NCBI GenBank assembly: GCA_049325335.1
Contig: JBMOMC010000043.1
Coordinates: forward strand, 34,202-98,201
Direction of reading: 5' to 3'
DNA: 64,000 nucleotides
Origin: Nitrospirota bacterium
GTDB lineage: Bacteria; Nitrospirota; Nitrospiria; 2-01-FULL-66-17
Shown: piece by piece, positions 18,541 to 29,900 of the stretch
Position numbering within the stretch: position 1 is the first letter of the stretch
Layout: every line of letters starts with the position of its first letter
Program-made: the position numbers and the translations under genes
The notes under the pieces: model-generated
The model's database searches: none
Seen by the model: only the letters and a program-made list of their open reading frames with translations
What the model was told of the DNA's origin: nothing

Positions 18541-19257
18541 TCAAAAATTCAGAAGAATCCGGTGCGGAGGCACTCCGAGGTAGATCAAGCGGTCGGTGGT
18601 GTCGCGGACCATGTCCTTCATTCCGACCAGACACGCCACGGTTCGTTGCGGATCACTGGCGCAGGTCGTGAGCAACTCTTGGACAAACCCCACCGGTCCG
18701 TCCCATGCCGCGCCGTCGGTCGAGGTCACCGTTACGTGCGTGGCGACCCCAGCGGCGCGCCATGCGGAAAAGTCGGCGCGATAACACCAGTGCGGCGGGG
18801 TCAACACGCCGTAGACCAGGGTCACGCGGCCGAACCGTTGCCGGTGGTTGAGCGTCCATCCGACCACCGACCGTAACGGCGCGATGCCGGTGCCGACGCC
18901 GATGAGCAACATATCGAGTCCGGCGTGTTCCGCCAGCGGGAATCCCTTGCCTTGCGGCCCCACGACGCGCACGACGGTGCCCACAGGAAGGTCGAACAGT
19001 TCCTTGGACGCGCCTTGCGCGCGTTTGACCAACACGTCAAAGTACGGTTCGTCCGGGCTCGACGCGATCGCGAAGTACGAGGCCTCGCCGGAGGGCGTGT
19101 GGAGGTGCAGGAATTGTCCCGGGATAAAGTGAAAGTCCGGGCGGTCGCCGGCAACCGCTTCCAGTCGAATGGACCGAATATCCGGGACGCCCTGCGGGGT
19201 CATGGCCGCCACGCGCATGGCGATCGCGGGGCGGTCGTTGGGAACCACGCGCATCAT
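18541..19257 (-). CDS. FNR-like FAD/NAD(P)-binding oxidoreductase
   Basis: PGQF, FAIASSP, GPQGKGF, GVGTGIAP, GFVQ. No Fe-S Cys cluster seen. Confidence 0.85.
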   Translation of the reverse strand: MMRVVPNDRPAIAMRVAAMTPQGVPDIRSIRLEAVAGDRPDFHFIPGQFLHLHTPSGEASYFAIASSPDEPYFDVLVKRAQGASKELFDLPVGTVVRVVGPQGKGFPLAEHAGLDMLLIGVGTGIAPLRSVVGWTLNHRQRFGRVTLVYGVLTPPHWCYRADFSAWRAAGVATHVTVTSTDGAAWDGPVGFVQELLTTCASDPQRTVACLVGMKDMVRDTTDRLIYLGVPPHRILLNF

Positions 19258-19321
19258 AGCACCGTGAGGAGTATCGCGGACCGAAACACGGCGCGGATCA
19301 TAATGCGCTCGTGCCGCTAAA

Positions 19322-21997
19322 TCAAGCTGCGCGGCGGCGGAGGGTGATCGTCGCCGCGGCGAGCAGACTGAAGCCGATCAACGCGAACGCGGCGCGAGGC
19401 GATTCCACGGCAAACACGATCGGGGTGAGCGCGCCTCGGGTCACGGCACGCAGCAGGGGGCGCGGGGCGATGAACGCGGCGATCGGGGGACTGATCGTCT
19501 CGTAGATCGAGATGGCCGCGCGTCCCACGGCGAAGGGCCGCAGGCGGTGATCCCGAAATGTACGAAGCGACGCCACGTGGGGATGCCACGCGCTCCCGTA
19601 CGCCGCGGTCGCGATAAAACAGAACCCGACCGACCCTTCCCCGGCCGTGGGGACGGCGCGCGTTTCGAGCGAGATGGGGCCGGCCTGGCCGGTGATGTCC
19701 ACGGCTTGCAGGGAGTAGAGGTACGCGGTCTCGTTTTGCAGAAAGCCCAAGTTGTCTGCATCAACGTCTTCAAACGTGGTTGCCGTAGGGTCTACCGTGC
19801 GGTAGAGCGAGGCGGGGGCGGGATCGCCCTCCACGCGCCGCAGAATTCGGTACTCCATGAGGTCCAGATCCGGGCTGCCGCTCCAGGCAAGGGCGACCCG
19901 ACGGCTGTGAACCGATGTCACGTCCAGTCCGGTCGGCGCTGCGGGCGGGAGGTCGCCGCCCAAGCGCTTGAGCTCGGCCACTGCCGCGTCGATCGCCAAC
20001 CGTCCTGCGCCCCATTGGGTACTGGGGAGCGAGGGCACCGGAGATATTTCCGGCGCGGCCGCGCTGTTCACGAGGTAGGTTTTGATTTGCGCCGCGGTGA
20101 GGTGCCGGTTGATCTGCAGAAGGATCGCGGCTGCTCCGGCCACGTGCGGTGCCGCCATGCTGGACCCCATGAGGACGTAATGGCGTCGGTCGGGGTCGAG
20201 ATAGTTGTCTAACGCCGGGTCGTCCGGAATACGCGACGAGAAACCGGACTTCACGGCGAGACCGGGGGCCGCCAGCTCGGGCTTCCGGGGCGGCGGGTCG
20301 CAGAATGTGCATTGGCGCAACGGACCACGGCTGGCGTACGCAGCCAATCCGTTGAGATCACCATGCCGATCGGTGTTGATGCCGCAGCAGTCCGCGATGA
20401 TGGAGACCCACACGGTTTTCGTGATGTAGGGGACCACCGCAATCGCTTCAGCGGCCGAAGCCGGCATTTCAATCGTGGTCTCCCGGTTGAAGAAGCTGCT
20501 GAACCCGACTTTGTTGTCGGTCGGCACGGAATCGGACCAGACATCAAACCGCGTGGGGTCCGTCACCGCGTCCGGACTCAGAGACAAGGTCCAAATGCCC
20601 GGACTGATCCGCGTCGGATGGGTGATCACGACCGAGGTGCGGCGATCGCCGTTGGACTGGGTATCCGCCGCGGAAATCAGGATATTGCCGCATGGGGTGG
20701 CGACATCCGCAGACGACGTCCCGCTGAGGGAGACCGGTCCGGCGCTGCACCCCGCGGCTGACTGCGCGACGGTGAGGCCCACCACCGTAGTGCCCGGATA
20801 CCACACGTCAAGATCTACTCGGACCGTATCCGGCAAACCCGGCACATCGCCGGGGACCACGAACGTGACGACCGCCGGCGTCGGACCCGAATGCGCGGTG
20901 ATTCCCGGAGGGCACGTGGTGGTGGTTCCGAAACACCCCACTGCGTGAAGGGGCGTGCCCAGTCGAGCCGGGGGCGAGCCGTTGGGTATTTGGCCGGAGT
21001 TTCCGGCGGCCGCCACGACCACGGCTCCGAGCGGGCGCGTTGCATCACGCGGCACAATACCCTCCGTGGACAAGGTGTTGATGGCCTGCTCCAGGTCCGT
21101 GGTGCCGTCGTGCGGTCCAAGCGGCGACCCAAGGCTCATATTCACGACGAGGGGTTTTCCAAACGCCGTGGCTTTGTCCCGCAGATAGGCCAAAGCATCG
21201 ATGACGTTCGTCGTGTTCCCGGACCGGAGTTTGACGACGAGGAGATCCGCCTCAGGCGCCATCCCAATGTACTGGTACGCGGGCCGGTCCTGCCCGGTCG
21301 CCGAGCCGTCGCCGGCCGCGATGCCGGCCACGTGGGTGCCGTGTCCCTCGCGGTCAACTTCCGGGCAGTCCCGTGCGTTGATTTGCTGGGCCGTACACTC
21401 CGCGCCGTAGGAAAACCCCCGCGGCGGGCGGCCGACCGAACTGGACTGATCCCAGACCGCCAGCGCCCGAGTCGCGCCGTCGGAAGCCAGAAAATCGTCG
21501 TGAGACAGATCCAATCCGGAGTCGATGATGCCGATGAGCACGCCGCGGCCGGTATAACTGGTGGGGGTCCAGCCGTCGTTGTCCCGGTTGCGGAGGCCGG
21601 AGACGCCGGTCTTCGGCGCGCTGAGGTCTAGGTTGAACCGCAGCGACCGCGAGGCCTCGATGGAGCGGATCGACGGGTGGGTTGCCAACAGGCGGAGCTG
21701 GTCGGGGGTTACCTCCGCGGTAGCGACATCGCCGAGCGTCCCGCCGAAGTGAATGCCGAGCGCGCGGAGCTCATCGAAGGGTCCGACAACGCGCAGGCTC
21801 ACCGAGAGCAAGTCGGATTGCCGCGGCGCGCCGTCGGTCGTCATTCCGATCGCGATGTCGCCCGATGCGTCCGGGGCCGCATGGCCCGACAACACCGGCA
21901 GCAGCAGCGGATCAATCGATGCCGCGGCGGCCGTTCGTCCCACGCCCAGCGCAACCGCCGCGGCAATCAGCGCCGGCGCGATGTTGCGCCAGGTCAT
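19322..21997 (-). CDS. S8 (subtilisin) serine peptidase with FN3 domain and CFI-box-CTERM sorting signal
   Basis: Catalytic IIDSG, HGTHVAG, AAAGN, GSSMAAPHVAG. FN3 (PAAPTGL...W...Y...AVD). C-terminal CFIATAAYGS...LRTFRD...YETISP plus TM and RRR. ATG overlaps the secG stop. Confidence 0.88.
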   Translation of the reverse strand: MTWRNIAPALIAAAVALGVGRTAAAASIDPLLLPVLSGHAAPDASGDIAIGMTTDGAPRQSDLLSVSLRVVGPFDELRALGIHFGGTLGDVATAEVTPDQLRLLATHPSIRSIEASRSLRFNLDLSAPKTGVSGLRNRDNDGWTPTSYTGRGVLIGIIDSGLDLSHDDFLASDGATRALAVWDQSSSVGRPPRGFSYGAECTAQQINARDCPEVDREGHGTHVAGIAAGDGSATGQDRPAYQYIGMAPEADLLVVKLRSGNTTNVIDALAYLRDKATAFGKPLVVNMSLGSPLGPHDGTTDLEQAINTLSTEGIVPRDATRPLGAVVVAAAGNSGQIPNGSPPARLGTPLHAVGCFGTTTTCPPGITAHSGPTPAVVTFVVPGDVPGLPDTVRVDLDVWYPGTTVVGLTVAQSAAGCSAGPVSLSGTSSADVATPCGNILISAADTQSNGDRRTSVVITHPTRISPGIWTLSLSPDAVTDPTRFDVWSDSVPTDNKVGFSSFFNRETTIEMPASAAEAIAVVPYITKTVWVSIIADCCGINTDRHGDLNGLAAYASRGPLRQCTFCDPPPRKPELAAPGLAVKSGFSSRIPDDPALDNYLDPDRRHYVLMGSSMAAPHVAGAAAILLQINRHLTAAQIKTYLVNSAAAPEISPVPSLPSTQWGAGRLAIDAAVAELKRLGGDLPPAAPTGLDVTSVHSRRVALAWSGSPDLDLMEYRILRRVEGDPAPASLYRTVDPTATTFEDVDADNLGFLQNETAYLYSLQAVDITGQAGPISLETRAVPTAGEGSVGFCFIATAAYGSAWHPHVASLRTFRDHRLRPFAVGRAAISIYETISPPIAAFIAPRPLLRAVTRGALTPIVFAVESPRAAFALIGFSLLAAATITLRRRAA

Positions 21998-22338
21998 GGC
22001 GTCGCGGGCGTGCTCGCGGCTGGGGGCGCAGCATCGCCGGACGCGGGCGGCGCGCTTGCGGGCGCCGCGGCGTCCGGCGGCAGCGAGTCCACGATCGACG
22101 AGGCCACCGAACGTTGGTTCGACAGAATCGACAAGCTGAGCGAGGTGAGCATGAACAAGGACGCGGCCCCGATGGTGAGTTTGCTCAGAAACGTGGTGGC
22201 GCCGCGGCTTCCGAAAATGGTCTGGCTGGATCCGCCGAAGGCCGCGCCGACCTCCGCGCCTTTGCCGGCCTGTAAGAGAATGACGCCGATCATGATCAAA
22301 CAAACCAAGATGTGTACGATAATAATCAACACGGTCAT
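21994..22338 (-). CDS. secG: preprotein translocase subunit SecG
   Basis: ILLQAGKGAEVGAAFGGSSQTIFGSRGATTFLSKLT. Follows tpiA. Confidence 0.95.
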   Translation of the reverse strand: MTVLIIIVHILVCLIMIGVILLQAGKGAEVGAAFGGSSQTIFGSRGATTFLSKLTIGAASLFMLTSLSLSILSNQRSVASSIVDSLPPDAAAPASAPPASGDAAPPAASTPATP

Positions 22339-23168
22339 GCAAAACTCCTTGCGGTTGTCGGGGTCGAACGAGATGCGGAGGACGGCGCCGGCCCCGAGTT
22401 CCGCTGCGCCGCCCGCTCAATGATCGCCAACAACGTGGCGCTGTTGAGGCTGGCGCCTCCGACCAGGGCCCCGTCGATATCGGGCTGTTCCAGCAGCCCG
22501 CCGATGGTCTCGGGCGAGACGCTGCCTCCGTACAAGATCCGCAGCCCGGCGGCGGCCTCGCCGTGATCGGACGCGACCAACCGTCGAATGAAGCGGTGAA
22601 CCGCCCCCGCTTCCGCGGGCGTGGCGGTTTTACCCGATCCGATCGCCCAGACCGGTTCGTACGCCACGATCACACGCGCCGCGCGGTCCGCGCCAAGGCC
22701 TTGGAGCGCGATGGAGACTTGTTCGGCCACCACCTGTTCGGTTTTGCCGGCGCGGCGTTCGGCCGCGGTTTCGCCCACGCAGAGCACCGGCGAGAGCCCG
22801 GCTGCAGCCAACGCGGCGGTCTTGCGTTTGGCGTGGTCGTTGGTCTCCCCGAACCACTGACGGCGCTCGGAGTGCCCGACCAGGCAATACCCGCAGCCCA
22901 CGTCCGCTAATTGGGGAACGGACACTTCGCCGGTGTACGAGCCGGCCGGTTCCCAGTGACACGTCTGCGCGCACAGGCCGATCCGGCTTCCCGCGATCGC
23001 CTCACGGGTCGCGTCCAACGCGGTCGCGGACGGCGCCACCACCACCTCCACCGCCGCCAACAACGGTGAACGTTCGCGAAGGGCGGCCACCGCGGCCACG
23101 GATTCGGCCACGGTCTTGTGCATCTTCCAATTCGCGATGATCAACGGCGCACGTACGGTCGGCGGCAT
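22335..23168 (-). CDS. tpiA: triosephosphate isomerase
   Basis: ANWKMHKT, GHSERR, AYEPVWAIG, YGGSV, LVGGASL. ATG overlaps the pgk stop. Confidence 0.97.
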   Translation of the reverse strand: MPPTVRAPLIIANWKMHKTVAESVAAVAALRERSPLLAAVEVVVAPSATALDATREAIAGSRIGLCAQTCHWEPAGSYTGEVSVPQLADVGCGYCLVGHSERRQWFGETNDHAKRKTAALAAAGLSPVLCVGETAAERRAGKTEQVVAEQVSIALQGLGADRAARVIVAYEPVWAIGSGKTATPAEAGAVHRFIRRLVASDHGEAAAGLRILYGGSVSPETIGGLLEQPDIDGALVGGASLNSATLLAIIERAAQRNSGPAPSSASRSTPTTARSFA

Positions 23169-24367
23169 CAGGACTCGCGGTTGGGCAGCGCGGCGAGGCC
23201 GGGGAGGTGTTTGCCCTCGAGCAGTTGCAGGGCCGCGCCGCCTCCGGTCGAAATAAACGACATGTTGTCGGACTCCCCGGCGCGGTGCACGGCGAGCGCG
23301 GTGTCGCCGCCGCCGACAATGGTCAACGCGTACGCGTTCGCCACCGCGTGCGCCACGGCCAAGGTCCCGCGCGAGTAAGCGTCGCGTTCGAACACGCCCA
23401 TGGGCCCGTTCCACAAAATCGTCTTGGCGTTGGCGAGCGCCTCGGTGAACAACCGGACCGAGGCGGGCCCGATGTCCAGCGCGGTCCAGCCTTTGGGGAT
23501 TTCTTGGATCGGCACGATTTTGGACTCTGCGCCCGGGTCCATCCCGGTGGCCACCACACAGTCCACCGGCAGGTAGAACTTCACGCCGTAGGAACGGGCG
23601 GTCTCGCGCATGTCCCTCGCCACCTCCAGCATGTTGGGCTCCACCAGCGAATTGCCCACTTCCATCCCGAAGGCTTTAAAGAAGGTAAAGGCCATGCCGC
23701 CGCCGATAATGACTTTATCCACCTTTTTCTGGAGATTGCTGATCACGCCGAGTTTGCCGGACACCTTGGCCCCGCCCAACACGGCCACGAACGGCCGCGT
23801 GGGGTTGGCGACCGCGCCTTCGAGATACTCGATCTCTTTTTTCAGGAGAAAACCGGCGGCCGACAGTTTGACGAACTTGGTGATCCCGGTGACGGAGGCG
23901 TGGCTGCGGTGCACGGTGCCGAACGCGTCGTTGATATAGACATCGGCCAACCGCGCCAGGGACTTCGCGAACCCCTCGTCGTTGGCCTCCTCCCCCGGGT
24001 GAAAACGCAGGTTCTCCAAGAGCACCACGTCCCCGGGCCGCATGTTGGCCACGGCGTCTTCCACGGCCGCGCCCACGCAATCGTCCAAGAATCGCACGTC
24101 CTTTTTCAGGAAACGTTGCAGACGTTTGGCCACCGGCGCGAGGCTGTATCGCGGATCGGACTGGCTCTGCGGGCGTCCCAGGTGGGACGCGAGGATGACC
24201 TTGGCACCTTCGTCGATCGCGTGGTTGATGGTGGGTAGGGTGGAGCGAATCCGGGTGTCGTCGGTGATGTGGTGGTCGTCGTCGAGCGGCACGTTGAAGT
24301 CCGCGCGAATGAACACGCGGCGACCGCGCAAATCGATATTGTCGATGGTCTGTTTGTGGAGATTCAT
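23168..24367 (-). CDS. pgk: phosphoglycerate kinase
   Basis: RADFNVP, SHLGRP, LLENLRF, GGAKVSGK, WNGPMGVFE, STGGGA. Confidence 0.98.
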   Translation of the reverse strand: MNLHKQTIDNIDLRGRRVFIRADFNVPLDDDHHITDDTRIRSTLPTINHAIDEGAKVILASHLGRPQSQSDPRYSLAPVAKRLQRFLKKDVRFLDDCVGAAVEDAVANMRPGDVVLLENLRFHPGEEANDEGFAKSLARLADVYINDAFGTVHRSHASVTGITKFVKLSAAGFLLKKEIEYLEGAVANPTRPFVAVLGGAKVSGKLGVISNLQKKVDKVIIGGGMAFTFFKAFGMEVGNSLVEPNMLEVARDMRETARSYGVKFYLPVDCVVATGMDPGAESKIVPIQEIPKGWTALDIGPASVRLFTEALANAKTILWNGPMGVFERDAYSRGTLAVAHAVANAYALTIVGGGDTALAVHRAGESDNMSFISTGGGAALQLLEGKHLPGLAALPNRES

Positions 24368-24373
24368 GCGGGT

Positions 24374-25450
<1,077 letters not shown>

Positions 25451-25513
25451 ACGCTCCGCCGCGCGCGACGGTCGGCAACGCGGGAGGTGACGCTCGTGGG
25501 GCAGGTCACGGGT

Positions 25514-25590
25514 TGGCGCGCCTGGAGGGAGTTGAACCCCCGACCTGCGGATTCGAAGTCCGACGCTCTATCCAGCTGAGCTACAGGCGC
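25514..25590 (-). tRNA. tRNA-Arg (anticodon UCG)
   Basis: GCGCCTGTAGCTCAGCTGGATAGAGCGTCGGACTTCGAATCCG...GGTTCAACTCC...AGGCGCGCCA. Cloverleaf with encoded CCA. Confidence 0.95.
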
Positions 25591-25663
25591 GGCATCCCGA
25601 ACAGCCGTTCAATACGAAGGGGCGGGACGAACTCGGCGTTTCTGACACTGGGTGTCGGCGGCG

Positions 25664-25739
25664 TGGGGTGAGTGAGGGGTTTCGAACCCCCAACCCCTGG
25701 AGCCACAGTCCAGTGCTCTACCCTTGAGCTACACTCACC
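25664..25739 (-). tRNA. tRNA-His (anticodon GUG), with encoded G-1
   Basis: GGTGAGTGTAGCTCAAGGGTAGAGCACTGGACTGTGGCTCCAG...GGTTCGAAACC...CACTCACCCCA. Confidence 0.95.
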
Positions 25740-25760
25740 ACGTCGGCCGCTGAGTCATCG

Positions 25761-25789
25761 GTTGTATCACCCCATGCACCACTTGTCAA
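25761..25789 (-). promoter_or_regulatory. sigma70-type promoter of the tRNA-His/tRNA-Arg pair
   Basis: Minus strand TTGACA-N17-TACAAC. Confidence 0.65.
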
Positions 25790-25805
25790 CGGCGGGGCCG
25801 ATGCG

Positions 25806-26873
25806 TCATGTTTGAAGCGGGAGCAACGGCGCCGACTGCTCGTGGGCCGACCGCAACTGGCCGCAGGCGGCCAGGATGTGTCGGCCCTTACTCTTGCGAA
25901 CAAACACGGTAAAGTGGGCGGCGAGGAGCGCGGCGTGGAAAGCGGCGACCGATGCGTCGGTCGGGCGTTGAAACGGGGCACCGGGCCACGGGTTAAACGG
26001 GATCAAATTGATTTTGCAGCGGATGCCGTGCAGGAGCTTGATCAGCCGTCTGGCATCCTCCAAGGAGTCGTTGACCCCGTCGAGCAGGACGTATTCGATA
26101 TAGATCCGACGCCGCGGCGGCAACGGATACGCGCGACAGGCCGCGAGCACGGCCTCGATCGGATACCTGCGATTGATCGTGCCCATCACACGGTCACGAA
26201 TCGCGTTAGTGGTGGCATTCAGCGAGACCGCCAGGTTCACCGCGTGGGGACCCACGCCCAGTGCGGCCATCTGGGGCACGAAGCCCGCGGTGGACACCGT
26301 GATCCTGCGCGGCGAGAAGCCCAGACCCCACGGCGCGGTGAGTCGGTCGATCGCTTCGCGGACCGCGGGCAAATTGGCGAGCGGCTCACCCATGCCCATA
26401 AACACCACGTTGGTGATCGGCCGGTCGGGTCCGGCATGCGCGCGCGCTCCCAGGACTTGGTCCACGATCTCGTGCGCCGCGAGATTGCGGGTAAGGCCCA
26501 TGGTGCCGGTGAAGCAGAATCCGCAATCCAACGTACAGCCGACCTGGGTGGAGAGGCATAATGTCAGCCGGTCGTCATCAGGGATCAAGACCGATTCCAC
26601 GGTTTGCCCGTCCTCGAGACGAATCAGCAGTTTTTCCGTGCCATCGTCCGGGTCGCGGCGGACATCCGCGATATGGGGCTCGGAAATCACCGCGATCCGC
26701 GCGAGCGTGGCCCGATCAGCGAGTCCGATATCCGTCATGTGCTCGAACCGGGTCACCCCGCGTTGATAAATCCACGCCAGCAATTGTCGGGTCCGGTGCC
26801 GCGGCCACCCATGGGCCGCGACAAAGTCGGCCATTTGGGCCGCGGTCAACGATTTCAGGGAGAGGCGGTCCAT
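25806..26873 (-). CDS. rlmN: dual-specificity RNA methyltransferase RlmN
   Basis: CLSTQVGCTLDCGFCFTG, VFMGMGEP, EYVLL, NLIPFNP, AACGQL. Confidence 0.96.
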   Translation of the reverse strand: MDRLSLKSLTAAQMADFVAAHGWPRHRTRQLLAWIYQRGVTRFEHMTDIGLADRATLARIAVISEPHIADVRRDPDDGTEKLLIRLEDGQTVESVLIPDDDRLTLCLSTQVGCTLDCGFCFTGTMGLTRNLAAHEIVDQVLGARAHAGPDRPITNVVFMGMGEPLANLPAVREAIDRLTAPWGLGFSPRRITVSTAGFVPQMAALGVGPHAVNLAVSLNATTNAIRDRVMGTINRRYPIEAVLAACRAYPLPPRRRIYIEYVLLDGVNDSLEDARRLIKLLHGIRCKINLIPFNPWPGAPFQRPTDASVAAFHAALLAAHFTVFVRKSKGRHILAACGQLRSAHEQSAPLLPLQT

Positions 26874-26995
26874 CGGCAGTAACCGGTTGATTTATAACAC
26901 ACTTCGCCAGAACGGTGCAGGTCCTGACCGTAAATCCCGGGGGAAATAAAACCGGGGCAGCCGTGGTTTTGATTACGGGACCAACAACAGGCCGA

Positions 26996-29900
26996 ATGAC
27001 CAATCTCCCTCAGCAATACTTCCCCCGCCTGGTCCGCGCCGCGATCATGAGTGTCGCGCTGCTCGGGTGCGGCGGCCAAGGAACGGGCACAACCGACGCC
27101 GGGTCCGGCTCAACCGGAGCTGATACGACCGCGCCGCAATTGATCCAAAAATCTCCGGACAGCGGTCAGACGAACGTCTCCACCAATGAGGAAATCGTAC
27201 TGACCTTTAGCGAGCCGTTAAACTCCAGTTTGATCTCCGCGACCGCCATCAACCTCTATGTGTCGAATCCCAACACCGGTCAATTCGAGTCCGTGGTCAA
27301 AGGCTTCCGGTGGGACGCACAGAGCAATACCTTATTTGTGCGTCCATCGACGTTTTTCGTGACGGACCGTCATTACCGGGTCGATATCTCCAATTCGCTC
27401 CGAGACTTGGCGGGCAATCAGTTGGATGCTGGGAGCGCCGGGGTCATTTCATGGCGCTTTACCACGGGCACGACCTTTGATGATCAGCCGCCGGCCTGGA
27501 ATGCGGACGCGACAGTGCGGCGTGTGGTGAAGAGCTTTGACACCATCACCGTCTGTTGGTGGAGCGGTCAGGCGCCCGCGACTGATCCTGGGTGCGACTC
27601 GACCGAGGTGGACGCGTTGCCCCCTGCCGCGGTGGATGTGCCGAACAACGGGTCGAACAACGTGTTGTACACGGTGGAATATCGTCGCGCCAGCGAAGCC
27701 ACGTTTTCGCAAATGTCCACCGGGTTGAACGCCCGTCGGGTTACGTTGACCGACTTAACGGCGGACACGGACTATGACATTCGGCTTCGCGCGCGCGATA
27801 CGGCCGGGAATGCCGTCGAGCAGTCCGTTGCCGCCGCATCGGTTCGTACCCCGAAGGCGGGGCGGCTCTACGCGGCGAATAATGTCGGGAATCGGCTGTC
27901 CATATTTTCCGGCGCGGGCCAGGCCGCCGGCGACAAGGCGGCCGACGTGGTCACGGCGGATCGAACCGGGTTGGCGGCGCCCGCCGGGATTGCGGTGGAT
28001 CGGATTCCGGATCCCAATGATCCCACGCGACAGATTGTCGACCCGGACGGCTACGTGTATGTCGCGGAAACGGACCGAAACCGCATCGCGGCGTACAAAC
28101 TGTCCCGCGCCATGGACACGAACGGGGATGGAGTCAATGAGGTCGTCAAACTCGGGGACTATGGACTCCTCAATAATCCCGAACCGGATTGGACGATTGA
28201 GGGCAGCTTGACCACCGCGGACCGAACCGGGCTGTGTGGACCATCGACGCTGCACCTGGAACGCGTGGTGGATGCCGGCGGAAACGTCAGCAAGTTCCTG
28301 TACGTGGCGAACTCGCTGGCCATGTCGGTCAGTGGATCTCCTCCGTGTCGACCCGATACGATCGTGGTCTTTCGAGTCACGACCCCTCCACAGGGGACCA
28401 ACCAAGCCCCGGCCACGACCATTAAGCGCAGACTGAATTTTTTTGCCCCGATCGGATTTGTGGTGGACCGTACATATTTTGACCCCACGCATGTGGACCC
28501 TACGCCTGTGGATCATACGCATGGGTTGTTGTATGTCGCGAACCGGGATGACAAGTCCTATGTTACGGACAACCAAGGATGGAAGATCGACGTGTATGCA
28601 TTCCAGACGCCATTAGACGGGACGAGTCCGCCATTTGATGATAACTCCCTGGACCAAGCCCCGAGTCGTCAATTCTGGGGAAGCGCGGATGGCCCGTGCG
28701 TGACCCCGGTGAATGAACCGCCGGACCGAATCTGTGGTCCCACGTCCCTGGCGTATGACGAGCCGACCGATACATTGTTCGTCGCCAATCGCAACAAACA
28801 TAATATCTTGGTCTTCAAGCAGGCGTCGAGATTGTCGGGGCGACAGGAACCGATTGTGGTACAGGGGTTGAACACCGGGTTGGTGGAGCGGGCAACGAAC
28901 AACAAGTTGGACTATGCGCGTCCAGTCGGGCTGTATTTGGATGAGGGGACGTTCACTATATATCCTGATGAGACCTGGACATATACGCTGGGGCGTTTGT
29001 ATGTCACGACGGATGATGCGCAGTCGGTCCTAATCTATGATGCCACCGAAATTCTTATCCGTGACGCGCTGCCAATCCGGCCGTCTGTCAACGCACCGTC
29101 TTCAGATCCGCCGCTGGCTACCGTTCCTGATATCAGGGAGCTAAATCTATTGCCTCTGCGCGTGATTCAAGGCACAAAAACCATGTTGGGGCAGCCCGCG
29201 CGGGCTGCCGATGGCTCGCGAGATGTTGGGCGCCAGAGCAGCGGGCCGTTCGCGATCACGGTTGCCCGCAACGCTGACGGTGTGAATGAGGCCTACGTGG
29301 TCACCTCTGGCATTTTTCACCCATCCACGGGGCTCACCCCAGTCCCAACAGTGGCGATGCTTAACGTGTCGGCCAACAAAGATCCGGATCAGGCACCCAG
29401 CACTCTCTTGTCGCGGACGACCAACACGGTCCCGGATCGGGTGGTGATCAACCCGTTGCTTGGGGCCGGTGCGGTGGCGTTGGACGCGGTTGAGCAACGC
29501 CTGTACGTCGCGGGCTTTCACTCGAATATGATCGCGGTGTACGACGATCCGCTCGCGTTATCGGACGGCCGGACGGTTCCGAGCCGGGTGATCGCGGGAC
29601 CGGCGACCATGCTGGATCACCCGATTGCGCTGGCGTTCCGTCGGCGTGACGCGAATCATCCCGGGTCGCTGTACGTGGTGAATCAGTCCAGTCACACCGT
29701 GACCGTGTTCGAAGAGCGCGGCGGAATTCCCACGGGGTCGTTGTTGGGCGGTAATACGCCTCCGAGTCGGTATGTTGGTCCTCCCGAGGGGACGAATCCG
29801 TTTACGATGTCCGTGAACCTCACGCAGATGGCGTATCCGACCGGTCTGGCCATCGACCCCGACAATGGGATTCTGTACGTATCCAACCGGGATGCGGAAC

